This document shows, piece by piece, positions 46,574 through 56,849 of a stretch of DNA of 64,000 bases. The notes beneath the pieces are model-generated. The model saw nothing but the letters and a program-made list of their open reading frames with translations, ran no database searches and was not told the DNA's origin. Position numbers and translations under genes: made by a program. Each line of letters opens with the position of its first letter. The stretch's first letter is position 1. This DNA comes from Candidatus Aminicenantes bacterium. GTDB lineage: Bacteria > Acidobacteriota > Aminicenantia > Aminicenantales > UBA4085. The stretch is from the NCBI GenBank assembly GCA_030691735.1, contig JAUYDS010000117.1:17280-81279 (forward strand), read 5' to 3'.

Positions 46574-48097
46574 TCAGTCCGCTCCTCCGATCCTCCACCG
46601 GCCCAGCGTCTGCCAAGGCCCGGCCGTTTCTTCCTTCGCCCGCAGGCCGCCCTTCGGGCGGGTCCGCCGGCTCATCTCATCGATGGCGGCGGCGGCCAAG
46701 GCCAGAGGAAGCGTTTCCCCCGCCCTTGCCGCTCCCGTCCAGCCGTCAAAATATTTGGGGATGAAGGCCGTGTTCGTCCGTCCCGCCCGGAATTCCGGAT
46801 GGCGGATGACCTCCTTGAGGAAGTCGATGGTCGTATGGATGCCGAGGACGGCATAGCCGTCGAGCGCGGCGGCCATGCGCCGGCAGGCCAGGTCCCGGTT
46901 CTCGGCCCAGACGACGAGCTTGGCCAGGATCGGGTCATAATAGATTGGGACATCCCATCCGCTGTAGATGCCGCCGTCCAGACGGACGCCGGGCCCTTTC
47001 GGCTCCCGGAGAAAAAGGATCCGGCCCGGCGAGGGGAGGAAATTGGCGGTCGGGTCCTCGGCGTAGATCCGGCATTCGATGGCGTGCCCGCGCTGCCGGA
47101 GATCGTTCTGTTTCAAGGTCAAGGGTTCGCCGGCGGCGATCAGGATTTGCTGGCGGACCAGATCCACCCCGGTCACGAGCTCGGTCACGGGATGCTCGAC
47201 CTGGAGGCGGGCATTCACCTCGAGGAAATAGAAGTTGCGATTTTTGTCCAGGAGGAATTCGACCGTGCCAGCATTGTTGTAACCCGCCGCCCGCATGGCC
47301 TTCACGGCGGTCTCGCCCATTTTCAACCTAAGCGCGTCGTCCAAGGCGGGGGAGGGCGTCTCCTCGACGATCTTCTGGTGCCGCCGCTGGATCGAACATT
47401 CCCGTTCGAAGAGATGGACGATCCGGCCGGCGTTGTCGGCCAGGACCTGGAACTCGACGTGGCGGGGCTCTTCGATGTATCGTTCGAGATAGACGGATTC
47501 GTCCCCGAAGGCGGACTTGGCTTCGCGCCGCCCCGCTTCAAGAGCAGGACCCAGGTCTTTTTCTTCGGTGACAATGCGCATCCCTTTGCCGCCGCCCCCG
47601 GCCGAGGCCTTGACGATGACCGGGAACCCGAGAGCCCGGGCCGCTTTTACATATTCCCCGGCGTCGGCGGGAACGGACTTCATCCCGGGGATGATCGGGA
47701 TGCCGGCCTTCTCCATCGTCTGCCGGGCGCGGACCTTGTCGCCGACGAGCTCGAGCGCGTCGGACCTGGGGCCGATGAAAACGATCCCCTCTTTCTCCAA
47801 TCGCCGGGCGAAATCGGCGTTCTCAGCCAGGAAGCCGTATCCGGGGTGGACGGCTTCCGCGCCGCTGTCGCGAACGGCCCGGACGATCCGGTCCATGTCG
47901 AGATAGCTTTCGACCGCGGGGGCCGGCCCGATGGCGACGGCTTCGTCGGCCAGGGCGACGTGGAGACTGGCCCGGTCGGCTTCGGAGTAGACGGCGACGG
48001 GGGAGATGCCCATTTCGCGGCAGGCCCGAATGACCCGGACGGCAATCTCGCCCCGGTTGGCGATCAATATTTTTTTGAACATCTTCATTCCGCCCAT
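46574..48097 (-). CDS. biotin carboxylase (methylcrotonyl-CoA carboxylase alpha-like, no fused BCCP)
   Basis: 507 aa; (MGGMK)MFKKILIANRGEIAVRVIRA; second BC paralog in the window. Start may be the internal ATG at 48082. The antisense ORF 46571..48424 is rejected. Confidence 0.85.
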   Translation of the reverse strand: MGGMKMFKKILIANRGEIAVRVIRACREMGISPVAVYSEADRASLHVALADEAVAIGPAPAVESYLDMDRIVRAVRDSGAEAVHPGYGFLAENADFARRLEKEGIVFIGPRSDALELVGDKVRARQTMEKAGIPIIPGMKSVPADAGEYVKAARALGFPVIVKASAGGGGKGMRIVTEEKDLGPALEAGRREAKSAFGDESVYLERYIEEPRHVEFQVLADNAGRIVHLFERECSIQRRHQKIVEETPSPALDDALRLKMGETAVKAMRAAGYNNAGTVEFLLDKNRNFYFLEVNARLQVEHPVTELVTGVDLVRQQILIAAGEPLTLKQNDLRQRGHAIECRIYAEDPTANFLPSPGRILFLREPKGPGVRLDGGIYSGWDVPIYYDPILAKLVVWAENRDLACRRMAAALDGYAVLGIHTTIDFLKEVIRHPEFRAGRTNTAFIPKYFDGWTGAARAGETLPLALAAAAIDEMSRRTRPKGGLRAKEETAGPWQTLGRWRIGGAD

Positions 48098-48876
48098 TTG
48101 GGCTTCCGTTTCTCGAGGAAGGCGGCCATGCCCTCCTGTCCCTCCCGGCTCACCCGCAGTCCGGCGATCATCTCCGCCGTGAACCGCTTGGCCTCTTCGA
48201 AACCCATCCCGGGGACGCGGCGGAGCAGCTCTTTGCAGCCGGCCAGCGCTTCGGGGCCGGACGAAAGGAGCAGCCAGGCGATCTCTTCGACCTTAGCGTC
48301 CAACCGCACCTCCTCGACGACGGCGTTGGCCAATCCGATCTCGAGCGCCCGATGGGCATCGATGCGTTCGCCCGTCAGGAAATACTGCCGGGCGAGGCTC
48401 TCCCCGATCCGGCGGACGATATAGGGCGCGATGCAGGCCGGGACGAGACCGATCTTGACCTCGCTCAGCCCGACCTTCGCTTCGGCCGAGGCGACGACGA
48501 TGTCGCAGGCGGAGAGGAAGCCGGCGCCGCCGCCGATGGCCGCCCCGTTCACCCGGGCGATGGTCGGCTTGGGCAGGGCGTAGAGCTCATAGAGGAAGTC
48601 GGCCAGCTCGAGGGATTCCTGGAGGTTCTGCTCGTAGGAAAAGCGGATGATTTCGCGCATCCAGTTCAGGTCCGCTCCGGCGCAGAACGACTTGCCCTTT
48701 CCCGAGAGGACCACGACCCGAACCGCCGCGTCTTCACGGAGCTCCCGGAGGGCGGCCCGCAGCTCGCGGATCATGGCCGAATTGAAGGCGTTGTGGACGT
48801 CGGGCCGGTCGAGCCAGAGGCGGGCGAGTTTTCCCTCCCTCTCGACCGAGATCGTTTCATATCTTTTGTCGCTCAT
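48085..48876 (-). CDS. enoyl-CoA hydratase (methylglutaconyl-CoA hydratase-like)
   Basis: 263 aa crotonase-fold protein (SFCAGADLNWM) between the carboxylase subunits. Confidence 0.75.
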   Translation of the reverse strand: MSDKRYETISVEREGKLARLWLDRPDVHNAFNSAMIRELRAALRELREDAAVRVVVLSGKGKSFCAGADLNWMREIIRFSYEQNLQESLELADFLYELYALPKPTIARVNGAAIGGGAGFLSACDIVVASAEAKVGLSEVKIGLVPACIAPYIVRRIGESLARQYFLTGERIDAHRALEIGLANAVVEEVRLDAKVEEIAWLLLSSGPEALAGCKELLRRVPGMGFEEAKRFTAEMIAGLRVSREGQEGMAAFLEKRKPKWAE

Positions 48877-48888
48877 GGCCGCCCGTCC

Positions 48889-50496
48889 TTACATCCTGAA
48901 GATCCCGACCTTATAGTCGGGGATGGGCGCGTTCAGGCTCATGGCGATGCCGAGGCCGAGGGCCGCGCGCGTGTCGAGCGGGGGGAGGATGCCGTCGTCC
49001 CAAAGGCGGGCCGTGCTGAAATAGGGGCTGGCCTCCTCCTCGTATTTTTCCATGATCGGCCGGATCACTTTCTCTTTCTCTTCTTCGCTCATCTTGACCC
49101 CCTGCTCCTGGAGGCGCTTGAGCTTGACGCTGACCAGGACCCCGGCCGCCTGCTCGCCGCCCATGACGCTGATCCGGGCGTTCGGCCACATCCAGAGCAG
49201 ACGCGGGCCGTAGGCGCGGCCGCACATGGCGTAATTGCCCGCGCCGTACGAGCCGCCGATGATCACGGTGAACTTGGGCACGCCGGCGTTGGCCGTGGCG
49301 TGGACGAGCTTCGCTCCGTCCCTGGCGATGCCGCGGTGCTCGTACTGCTTGCCGACGATGAAGCCGGTGACGTTCTGGAGAAAAATGAGGGGGACCTTGC
49401 GCATGGCGCAGAGGGTGATGAAATGGGCGCCTTTGAGCGAGCTTTCGGAGAAGAGCACGCCGTTGTTGGCCAGGATGCCCACGGGTTGGCCCATGATCCG
49501 GGCGAATCCGCAGACGAGCGTCTGGCCGTACAGCTCCTTGAACTCCTGGAAACGGCTTCCGTCCACGATCCGGGCGATCACTTCCTTGATGTCGAAGGGC
49601 TTGCGCAGGTCGCGGGGGATGATGCCGTAGAGCTCCTGGGGGTCGTAATGCGGATCTTCGGGAGCGGCCGCGCCGAGGGCGAAGCGGCGCGGCGGGTCGA
49701 GGGTCTCGACAATGTTCCGGGCGATCTCGAGAGCGTGCTCGTCGTTCATGGCGTAATAATCCGACACGCCCGAGATGCGGCAGTGGACGTCCGCGCCTCC
49801 CAGGTCTTCGGCCGAGACCTCTTCGCCCGTGGCCGCCTTGACCAGGGGGGGGCCGCCGATGAAGATCGTCCCCTGGCGGCGGACGATGACGGTCTCATCG
49901 CTCATGGCCGGAACGTAGGCGCCGCCGGCCGTGCACGAACCCATGACGATGGAGATCTGGGGGATTCCGAGGGCGGACAGCCGGGCCTGGTTGTAGAAGA
50001 TTCGGCCGAAATGCTCCTTGTCGGCGAAGGTTCCCGATTGAAGGGGGAGGAAGATCCCGCCGCTATCGACGAGATAAATGCAGGGCAGCCGGTTCTCGAG
50101 AGCCACTTCCTGGGCCCGGACGTGCTTCTTGATGGTCAACGGAAAGTAGGTCCCCCCCTTGACCGTGGCGTCATTGGCCACGACCAGCACCTCCCGGCCG
50201 TGGACGACGCCGATCCCCGTGACCATGCCCGCGGCCGCGGCTTCGTTGTCGTACAGGCCGTTCGCGGCCAGGGCGCTGAGCTCCAAAAACGGCGTGCCTC
50301 GGTCGAAAAGCTTTTCCAGGCGCTCGCGGACGAGCAATTTGCCCCGGGATTTGTGGAGATCCCGGTATTTTTGAGGGCCCCCTTCCTGGACTTTGGCCAG
50401 CCGCTCCCGGTATTCGGCAACGACCCGCGTCATCTGGTCGAAGTTCTGACGGTATTCGGGACTCTGCGTGTCGACTTTGGATTCGATCCTAAACAT
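48889..50496 (-). CDS. methylcrotonyl-CoA carboxylase beta (carboxyltransferase) subunit
   Basis: 535 aa; carboxyltransferase domains with a long N-terminal helical region typical of MCC-beta. The antisense 756-aa ORF 48352..50622 is rejected on composition. Confidence 0.85.
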   Translation of the reverse strand: MFRIESKVDTQSPEYRQNFDQMTRVVAEYRERLAKVQEGGPQKYRDLHKSRGKLLVRERLEKLFDRGTPFLELSALAANGLYDNEAAAAGMVTGIGVVHGREVLVVANDATVKGGTYFPLTIKKHVRAQEVALENRLPCIYLVDSGGIFLPLQSGTFADKEHFGRIFYNQARLSALGIPQISIVMGSCTAGGAYVPAMSDETVIVRRQGTIFIGGPPLVKAATGEEVSAEDLGGADVHCRISGVSDYYAMNDEHALEIARNIVETLDPPRRFALGAAAPEDPHYDPQELYGIIPRDLRKPFDIKEVIARIVDGSRFQEFKELYGQTLVCGFARIMGQPVGILANNGVLFSESSLKGAHFITLCAMRKVPLIFLQNVTGFIVGKQYEHRGIARDGAKLVHATANAGVPKFTVIIGGSYGAGNYAMCGRAYGPRLLWMWPNARISVMGGEQAAGVLVSVKLKRLQEQGVKMSEEEKEKVIRPIMEKYEEEASPYFSTARLWDDGILPPLDTRAALGLGIAMSLNAPIPDYKVGIFRM

Positions 50497-50562
50497 GACG
50501 GCCCCTTTCCCGAACGTAGTCCTCCTGGCTCTGCCGGAGGGCAGTCCGCTTTTCGAGCGGTC

Positions 50563-50955
50563 TTATTCCGGAACGAACTTGTAGCCGTAATAGATGACGC
50601 CGGCCTCGCCTTCCTCGGATAACTTGCGGAATTCGAGCCGGACCCGCAGCCCGACCTTGAGGGCGGCGAAGTCGCAGTCCACGACCTGGGCTGTGAGCTT
50701 GACTCCGTCCTCGAGCTCGGCGATCCCGACGGCGTAGGGCGCCTGGTCCTCGAAGGGATCGGGCGGGACGCGGATGATGGTGAAGGTCAGAAGCTTGCCG
50801 GTCTCGGCCAGCTTTGTCTTGGCGAACTTACGGTTCCCGCACTGCGGGCAGACGAGACGGGGGGGGAAGGCGATAGTGCCGCACTTCGTGCACTTCTCGG
50901 CTTCTAACCTGTATCTCTGGGGATATTCACGCCAGGCTCTGGCTGGATTCGGCAT
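50563..50955 (-). CDS. DUF35 OB-fold / zinc-ribbon protein (thiolase-HMGCS scaffold type)
   Basis: 130 aa; CxxC...CxxC rubredoxin-like ribbon (CTKCGTIAFPPRLVCPQCGN) plus an OB fold; located between thiolase and the downstream genes, as in archaeal mevalonate-pathway triads. Confidence 0.6.
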   Translation of the reverse strand: MPNPARAWREYPQRYRLEAEKCTKCGTIAFPPRLVCPQCGNRKFAKTKLAETGKLLTFTIIRVPPDPFEDQAPYAVGIAELEDGVKLTAQVVDCDFAALKVGLRVRLEFRKLSEEGEAGVIYYGYKFVPE

Positions 50956-50966
50956 CGTCTTCTCCT

Positions 50967-52121
50967 TTACTCCGCCTCAAAAACGTGGACGACGGAGCTG
51001 CCCCCCGTGCCGCCCATGTTCTGGGTCAGGCCGCGCTTCGCGCCCTTGACCTGCCGCTCGGCCGCTTCGCCGCGGAGCTGTTTGACGACCTCCACGGCCT
51101 GGGCCACGCCGGTCGCGCCGACGGGATGGCCCTTGGCTTTGAGTCCGCCGCTGGGGTTGACGGGGAATTTCCCTTTGAGAGAGGTCAATCCTTCCTCAAC
51201 GGCCCTGCCGCCGCGGCCTTTTTCGACGATCCCCAGCGCTTCGGTGACCATGATCTCGGCGATGGTGAAGCAGTCGTGGACCTCGAACAGGTCGATGTCG
51301 CCGATCTTCCGGCCGGCCATCGCCAGCGCTTTCTGCCCGGCGAGGTGCGTCGATTCGATCCAGGTCATGTCCTTCCGCGAGCTTAGGGCGATCGTGTCCG
51401 TAGCCAGTCCGCTGCCCGTGATCCGGATGACCGGTTTTTTCATTTTTTTAGCCATGTCGGCGGAGCAGAGAACCACGGCCGCCGCTCCGTCGGTGATGGG
51501 CGAACAATCGAGGATCCGGAGCGGATCGGCCACGAGGACGGACTGGAGAACCCCGTCGACCGTGATCTTGAACGGATATTGGGCCAGGGGGTTCTTCGAC
51601 CCGTTGTCGTGGTTCTTGACGGCGACCAGGGCCAGCTGCTCGCGCGTCGTGCCGTACTTGTGCATGTGGGCGACGGCCATCATCGCGTAAAGCCCTGGGA
51701 AGGTCAGGCCGTGGAAGCCTTCGTACTCCTGGTCGGCGGCCGTGCCCAGGGCGAAGGTCGCCTCACAGCCCGTCACGTCCGTCATCTTCTCCACGCCGCC
51801 GACGAGGACGACGTCGCTCATCCCCGAGGCGACCTCGATGAATCCCTGGCGGAGGGCCAGGCCGCCCGACGCACAGGCGGACTCGACCCGCGCCGCCGGG
51901 ACGGGGTTCTTGCCCAGATAATCGGAAAGGAGCGAGGTCAGGTGTTCCTGGCCGACGAACAAGCCCGACGACATGCATCCGACGACCATGGAGTCGATCT
52001 TGTCCACGCCGGCGTCGTCCAGGGCCAGGAGGGCCGACTCGACGAATATCGTCCGGAGCGATTTCGTCCAGAGCTCGCCCCACTTGGTCATGCCGATCCC
52101 GATCACAGCTACGTCTCTCAT
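50967..52121 (-). CDS. acetyl-CoA C-acetyltransferase, archaeal/SCP-x type thiolase
   Basis: 384 aa; [16 protein letters not shown]-terminus, active-site [12 protein letters not shown]-terminal HDCF region. Confidence 0.75.
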   Translation of the reverse strand: MRDVAVIGIGMTKWGELWTKSLRTIFVESALLALDDAGVDKIDSMVVGCMSSGLFVGQEHLTSLLSDYLGKNPVPAARVESACASGGLALRQGFIEVASGMSDVVLVGGVEKMTDVTGCEATFALGTAADQEYEGFHGLTFPGLYAMMAVAHMHKYGTTREQLALVAVKNHDNGSKNPLAQYPFKITVDGVLQSVLVADPLRILDCSPITDGAAAVVLCSADMAKKMKKPVIRITGSGLATDTIALSSRKDMTWIESTHLAGQKALAMAGRKIGDIDLFEVHDCFTIAEIMVTEALGIVEKGRGGRAVEEGLTSLKGKFPVNPSGGLKAKGHPVGATGVAQAVEVVKQLRGEAAERQVKGAKRGLTQNMGGTGGSSVVHVFEAE

Positions 52122-52130
52122 GGCCGACTC

Positions 52131-53177
52131 CTATTTCGCCTTCCGGATCTTCCGACGGTACTTGGCGTAGACGCCGTAGTCGAGGTAGGCCTTGTTCTTG
52201 TCCAGCATGTCCCGCGTCCGGGGAGCGAGGTTCCGGACCTCGTCGATCCGTTCCGTGACGCGGAAGATGAAGCCGTCGCTGCCCGCTCCCGACCCGTAGG
52301 AGACGAGAAGGATCATGTCGCCCGCCTTGGCGATATCGAGGGTCGCCGTCAATCCGAGAGGCGAGGACCCCGAGTAGGTGTTGCCCAGCTTCGGGACGAG
52401 CCAGCCCGGATCGATCTGTTTGCGGGAGAACCCTAGGATCTCCCCGGCGCGCAGGGGGAACTTGCCGTTGGGCTGGTGGAAGATAACATACTGGAAGTCC
52501 GCGGGCTTCATGCCCGCTTTGGCCATGATCCCCCGGGCGGCGCCCAAAATGTGGGTGAAATAGGCGGGGTCGCCGGTGAACCGGCCGCCGTGCTGGGGAT
52601 AATATTGATACTCTCGGCGCCAGAAATCCGGCGTATCGGTCGTGTACGAATACGTGTGAAGGATCTCCGCGATGAGCTTGTCCTGGCCGAAGATGAAGGC
52701 CGCCGCTCCGGCAGCGGCGGAGTATTCGAGGGCGTCGCCGGGAGCTCCCTGGGACGTGTCCGCTCCTACGGCCAGGCCGTATTTGACCGCGGCCGCCTGG
52801 ACGAGGCTGAGGGCGATGAACATGCCCTCCGTTCCGGCCTTGCAGGCGAATTCGAGGTCGGCCGTATGGACCTCGGGGGTGGCGTTGAGCGCTTCGGCCA
52901 GGACCGTCCCGCTCGGCTTCACGGCGTAGGGATGCGATTCCGAGCCGACATAAATGGCGCCGATCTCTCTCGGGTCGATACCGGCTCTGCGCAGGGCGTT
53001 CTTCGACGCCTCGACCGACATCGTGATCGTGTCCTGGTCGGGCGAGGGGACAGACTTCTCCTCGAGCATGAGCCCTTTCTTATAGCTCGGGGCGTCCGCG
53101 CCCCAGACCTTGGCGATCTCCTCGACTTTGATCCGGTTCCGCGGGATGTAGGCCCCGTAGCCGACGATTCCAGCCAT
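52131..53177 (-). CDS. hydroxymethylglutaryl-CoA synthase (archaeal-type)
   Basis: 348 aa; MAGIVGYGAYIPRNRIKVEEIA N-terminus, active-site Cys region (DLEFACKAGTEG) and His/Asn C-terminal motifs of archaeal HMGCS. Confidence 0.75.
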   Translation of the reverse strand: MAGIVGYGAYIPRNRIKVEEIAKVWGADAPSYKKGLMLEEKSVPSPDQDTITMSVEASKNALRRAGIDPREIGAIYVGSESHPYAVKPSGTVLAEALNATPEVHTADLEFACKAGTEGMFIALSLVQAAAVKYGLAVGADTSQGAPGDALEYSAAAGAAAFIFGQDKLIAEILHTYSYTTDTPDFWRREYQYYPQHGGRFTGDPAYFTHILGAARGIMAKAGMKPADFQYVIFHQPNGKFPLRAGEILGFSRKQIDPGWLVPKLGNTYSGSSPLGLTATLDIAKAGDMILLVSYGSGAGSDGFIFRVTERIDEVRNLAPRTRDMLDKNKAYLDYGVYAKYRRKIRKAK

Positions 53178-53340
53178 GGCTCCAGCCTCCTTTCGATGCG
53201 GACGGAAATAGCAGCGCCTGTTTAACGAATCAAGAACGCGACACGCGTAAATGGATCATCGCTGCTGTTAATTCAATAGCGGAATTATCCTTCCATATTC
53301 AGCCGGTGAAGTCAAGAAGGGCTCGAACCGATGGCCGGTG

Positions 53341-53390
53341 AATTCGCAGACACATACCGAATTCAATAATTCGGTATGCGTCTGCGAATT
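53341..53390. promoter_or_regulatory. 50-nt near-perfect palindrome (two inverted units of repeat family R) abutting a consensus TATAAT; candidate operator of the VKOR-DsbA gene (and/or divergent HMGCS operon)
   Basis: AATTCGCAGACACATACCGAATT caat AATTCGGTATGCGTCTGCGAATT; one mismatch between arms. TATAAT at 53399-53404, ATG at 53436 with an aaggagga RBS. Confidence 0.45.
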
Positions 53391-53435
53391 TCCAGTGGTA
53401 TAATACGCCTTCCAAGACGAACAAGGAGGAGAGGG

Positions 53436-54677
53436 ATGGCAGATGGATTGACGGTCGACGGTTCGCTCGGTCGACGGTTCCTGACCTTCATCGCCGGGGC
53501 GGGTATGGCCGCGGCTTCGCTCCTGACGATCCAGCATTTTTACAACGCGAATTTCCCCGCCTCGATCTATAACGGCTCGTTCTGCGACATCAACACCTTT
53601 TTCAACTGCAACAGCTCGGCCTTTTCCAAGATCGCCCATATCCAGGGCGTGCCGATGGGCTGGCCCGGATTGTTCCTCGGCCTCCTCGTCTGCCTGGGGG
53701 CGCTGTTCCCGTCGAAGGCGTTCGAGAAGACGCTCAAGGCCCTCACCCTCCTCAATGCGCTCGGGGTCATCGCCCTCTTCGTCTATTCCGTCTTCTTCTT
53801 GAAAAGCCTCTGCCTCCTCTGCACGGGCTATTACCTCTTCTCGTTCTTCGCTTTCTTCCTCTTCTGGCGCCGTGGACTGAAAGGGTTCCCTCTCCCGTCC
53901 TTCAAGCAGATCGTTGTCTTCGCCGTCCTCTTCCTCGCCGGGGCCTACGGCTTTCATCTCTATTACAAGGCCGAACAGGACGCCCAGCTCGGCGGGGTCG
54001 CGGCGCGCGTGGTCAAGGAATACTACAGCCTGGAGAAAGCCCCCAATCCGAGCTTCATCTCACCTTTCATGATCGCCCAGTCCACCGACCGGTTCGAGGA
54101 CGCCCCCATCCGGGTGATCGAGTACGCGGACTTCCTCTGCCCCGACTGCCTCTTCATGTACGAGCAGCTCAACCGTCTGAAAACGGAGTTCGCCGGCAAG
54201 ATCAATATCGCCTTCCAGTTCTTCCCCCTCGACAAATGCAACGAGGTCGTCGCCCAGAAGTCGAACCGGCATCCGGGCGCCTGCGACCTTTCTTATATCG
54301 CAGCCCATGATCCGGCTAAGTTCGCCTCGATCTACGATGAGATCTTCACCCATTTCCAGGAGGCCAAGGATCCCCAGTGGCGGGCGGACCTGGCCAAGAA
54401 ATACGGCGTCGAGGCGGCCCTGACCGATCCCAACACGAAGGACCTCGTCCAGAGGATCATGGCCACCGGCGCCGAATATGAAAAGACGTCGGACCAGTTC
54501 GCCCACGGCATCCGCTCCACACCGACGCTCATCGTCAACAACCGGATGATCATCGGGACTCTACCGTATCCGCAGCTCAAGGCCATCTTCGAATCGCTCG
54601 CGGCCGAGGGAGCCAAGACCGGCGACAAGCGCTTCCTCGAGAATTGGGTCGAATTTCAGCCGCCGAAAAAGAAATAG
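53436..54677 (+). CDS. vitamin K epoxide reductase (VKOR) domain fused to DsbA-like thioredoxin domain; disulfide-bond formation
   Basis: Start at MADGL (ATG 53436, RBS aaggagga); N-terminal 5-TM VKOR region with paired Cys (CDINTFFNC) and CxxC (LCLLCTGYY); C-terminal thioredoxin-fold with CPDC. Confidence 0.7.
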   Translation: MADGLTVDGSLGRRFLTFIAGAGMAAASLLTIQHFYNANFPASIYNGSFCDINTFFNCNSSAFSKIAHIQGVPMGWPGLFLGLLVCLGALFPSKAFEKTLKALTLLNALGVIALFVYSVFFLKSLCLLCTGYYLFSFFAFFLFWRRGLKGFPLPSFKQIVVFAVLFLAGAYGFHLYYKAEQDAQLGGVAARVVKEYYSLEKAPNPSFISPFMIAQSTDRFEDAPIRVIEYADFLCPDCLFMYEQLNRLKTEFAGKINIAFQFFPLDKCNEVVAQKSNRHPGACDLSYIAAHDPAKFASIYDEIFTHFQEAKDPQWRADLAKKYGVEAALTDPNTKDLVQRIMATGAEYEKTSDQFAHGIRSTPTLIVNNRMIIGTLPYPQLKAIFESLAAEGAKTGDKRFLENWVEFQPPKKK

Positions 54678-54723
54678 GCCCAGCGACCCCCAATCGTTTC
54701 AATATGAGATAAGGAGGGACTAT

Positions 54724-56028
54724 ATGAAGAAGCGGACGCTGTTCTTCGTTTCGCTGCTCATCCTCGGAGGATGGATCCTGCCTGTATCGGTCTATCCCCA
54801 GGCGGGCGGGAGCAGCGTCGCCGACATGAAAAAAACCGCCCCCAAGGTCTATATCGACTGCGAACACTGCGACCAGGACTACATCCGGACCGAGATCCCC
54901 TTCGTCAACTACGTCCGGGACCGGAAGGAAGCGGACGTCCACGTCCTGATCACCACCCAGGATACCGGCAGCGGCGGGACGGAATACACGCTGGCCTTCA
55001 TCGGGCAGGGAGGCTTCGCGAATATCAACAGCACTCTCATCTACGCCTCCAGCAAGACCGACACCGAAGAGGAGGTCCGCCGGGGATACGTCGCGGTCCT
55101 GAAGATGGGGCTGATGCCGTACGCGGCGAGGACCCCCATCCGTGATCTCATCTCCGTCGAGTTCAAGGAAAAGGTCAAGCCGACGGACGTGGTCGATCCT
55201 TGGAAATTCTGGGTCTTCAGCATGAGCGTCGGCGGCGATCTCGAGCGGGAATCCCAGACCAAATCCCAGGCCGTCGATTTCAGGCTCTCGACCAACAAGA
55301 TCACCCCGGACATCAAGCTCCGGCTGGGGTTCTTGGCGCGCTACGAGAGCGATGAGTTCAAATACGAGGAGGAGGGGATCACCGAGACGATCACCAGCCA
55401 CTCGGACGCCGTGGACTTCGCCGGGCTGTTCGTGAAAAGCCTCAGCGAGCACTGGTCGGCCGGGATCTATCTAGGAGTGAGCTCCTCCACCTTCAGCAAC
55501 CTCCGGTATAAGATCAATCCGGCCCTGGCCGTCGAATTCGACCTCTTCCCGTATTCGGAATCGACCCGTCGCCAACTGCGTTTTCTGTACAAAGGCGGCT
55601 ATGATTTCGTCAAATATCGGGAGATGACGATCTACGACAAGACCAAAGAGAGCCTCCTCAGCCAGTCCCTCTCGGCCACTCTGGAGATCAAGGAGCCCTG
55701 GGGAACGCTCTCTTCGTCGCTCGAGGGATCCCATTATTTTCACGATTTCACCACCAACAGGCTGGCCTTCTTCACCGAGCTGTCCTTCCGTATCTTCAAA
55801 GGCCTGGATTTCAATATCGATGGGATGTATGAACGCGTCCGGGATCAACTCTCCCTACCGGCCAGCGGCGCCAGCCGCGAAGAGATCCTCCTGCGGCGGA
55901 GAGAGCTGCGCACGGATTACAACCTGTTCCTCTCCGTCAACCTGAGTTATACGTTCGGTTCGATCTTCAGCAACGTCGTCAACCCGCGGTTCGGGAACCT
56001 GGGCATTCTCGGACATGACTGGGATTGA
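54724..56028 (+). CDS. hypothetical secreted protein (signal peptide; possibly outer-membrane/beta-rich)
   Basis: 434 aa; signal peptide MKKRTLFFVSLLILGGWILPVSVYPQA; alternating-hydrophobicity segments in the C-terminal half; no family recognised. Confidence 0.5.
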   Translation: MKKRTLFFVSLLILGGWILPVSVYPQAGGSSVADMKKTAPKVYIDCEHCDQDYIRTEIPFVNYVRDRKEADVHVLITTQDTGSGGTEYTLAFIGQGGFANINSTLIYASSKTDTEEEVRRGYVAVLKMGLMPYAARTPIRDLISVEFKEKVKPTDVVDPWKFWVFSMSVGGDLERESQTKSQAVDFRLSTNKITPDIKLRLGFLARYESDEFKYEEEGITETITSHSDAVDFAGLFVKSLSEHWSAGIYLGVSSSTFSNLRYKINPALAVEFDLFPYSESTRRQLRFLYKGGYDFVKYREMTIYDKTKESLLSQSLSATLEIKEPWGTLSSSLEGSHYFHDFTTNRLAFFTELSFRIFKGLDFNIDGMYERVRDQLSLPASGASREEILLRRRELRTDYNLFLSVNLSYTFGSIFSNVVNPRFGNLGILGHDWD

Positions 56029-56046
56029 GAAAGCGGGAGACCGGAT

Positions 56047-56757
56047 TCAGGACGCGTCCCTGAGGTGCATCGACATCTCGTAATCGACCATCATCTCGTC
56101 GAACATCTCGGGCCGCGTCTCTTTGAGCTCGATGGCGTAATCCAGAAAGAGCTTGATCCCGTCGGTCAGGATCTTGCGGGTCTTGGCCATCAGATCGTCC
56201 CTCTTTTCGGCCTCGAGGATGAAGAGCTTCCGGGAATTCCTCTCTTTGAACAGCTTGACGTCATAGATGAAGTGGAGGATGGCGATCATATCCAGGAAGA
56301 TGTTGTCGAAGTTGTAAGTGATCGCCCGCTCCTTGAATTGGTGCCAGACGCGCTCGGCCCGGACGTACTCGTCGATGACCGGCTCCATGGCCTCAAGGGA
56401 GGCGTATTCGATCGTCTCCGCCCGGCGCCGCATGTCCCGGAGCTCCTCCAAGGTCGCGTTGCGGATCATCCCCATCGTCACCGGGGGGGATTTGAGGGCG
56501 GCGAAATCGGCGATGAAGAGGCTTCGCATCTCCGAGCGGAACATGTAGCTTTTGATATACATCAGCTGCCGCCGCTTTTCCTTGATCTCGCGGCTCTCGA
56601 GGAACTTCTCGACGATGAAAACCGCCACTAGGATTTCGAGGGGGATGGCGGCCACGTGCCAGAGGAACTCCCAGTGGGTCCACTGTTCGATGAGGAGAAA
56701 AACGAGGGCCGTGCCGATGAGCCCGATATAGAACCAGATGTGTTTGGCGAACTTCAT
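56047..56757 (-). CDS. hypothetical membrane-anchored protein
   Basis: 236 aa; two N-terminal TM helices then a charged helical domain; no family recognised. The antisense ORF 56065..56631 is rejected. Confidence 0.45.
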   Translation of the reverse strand: MKFAKHIWFYIGLIGTALVFLLIEQWTHWEFLWHVAAIPLEILVAVFIVEKFLESREIKEKRRQLMYIKSYMFRSEMRSLFIADFAALKSPPVTMGMIRNATLEELRDMRRRAETIEYASLEAMEPVIDEYVRAERVWHQFKERAITYNFDNIFLDMIAILHFIYDVKLFKERNSRKLFILEAEKRDDLMAKTRKILTDGIKLFLDYAIELKETRPEMFDEMMVDYEMSMHLRDAS

Positions 56758-56849
56758 GGAGGGTCCGTCCTTGCCGACGTCTGGTGGTCCATGCTTTTCG
56801 GTCGCTAGATTATATCAGGGGGATGGCCGTGTCAATCGGGTGGGTTGAG

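Noticed and set aside
46571-50622. 617-aa and 756-aa plus-strand ORFs (46571..48424, 48352..50622) opposite the liu-like operon
   Set aside because: Extremely G/D/R/A-rich with RGD-like low complexity. The opposite strand encodes four well-conserved enzymes.
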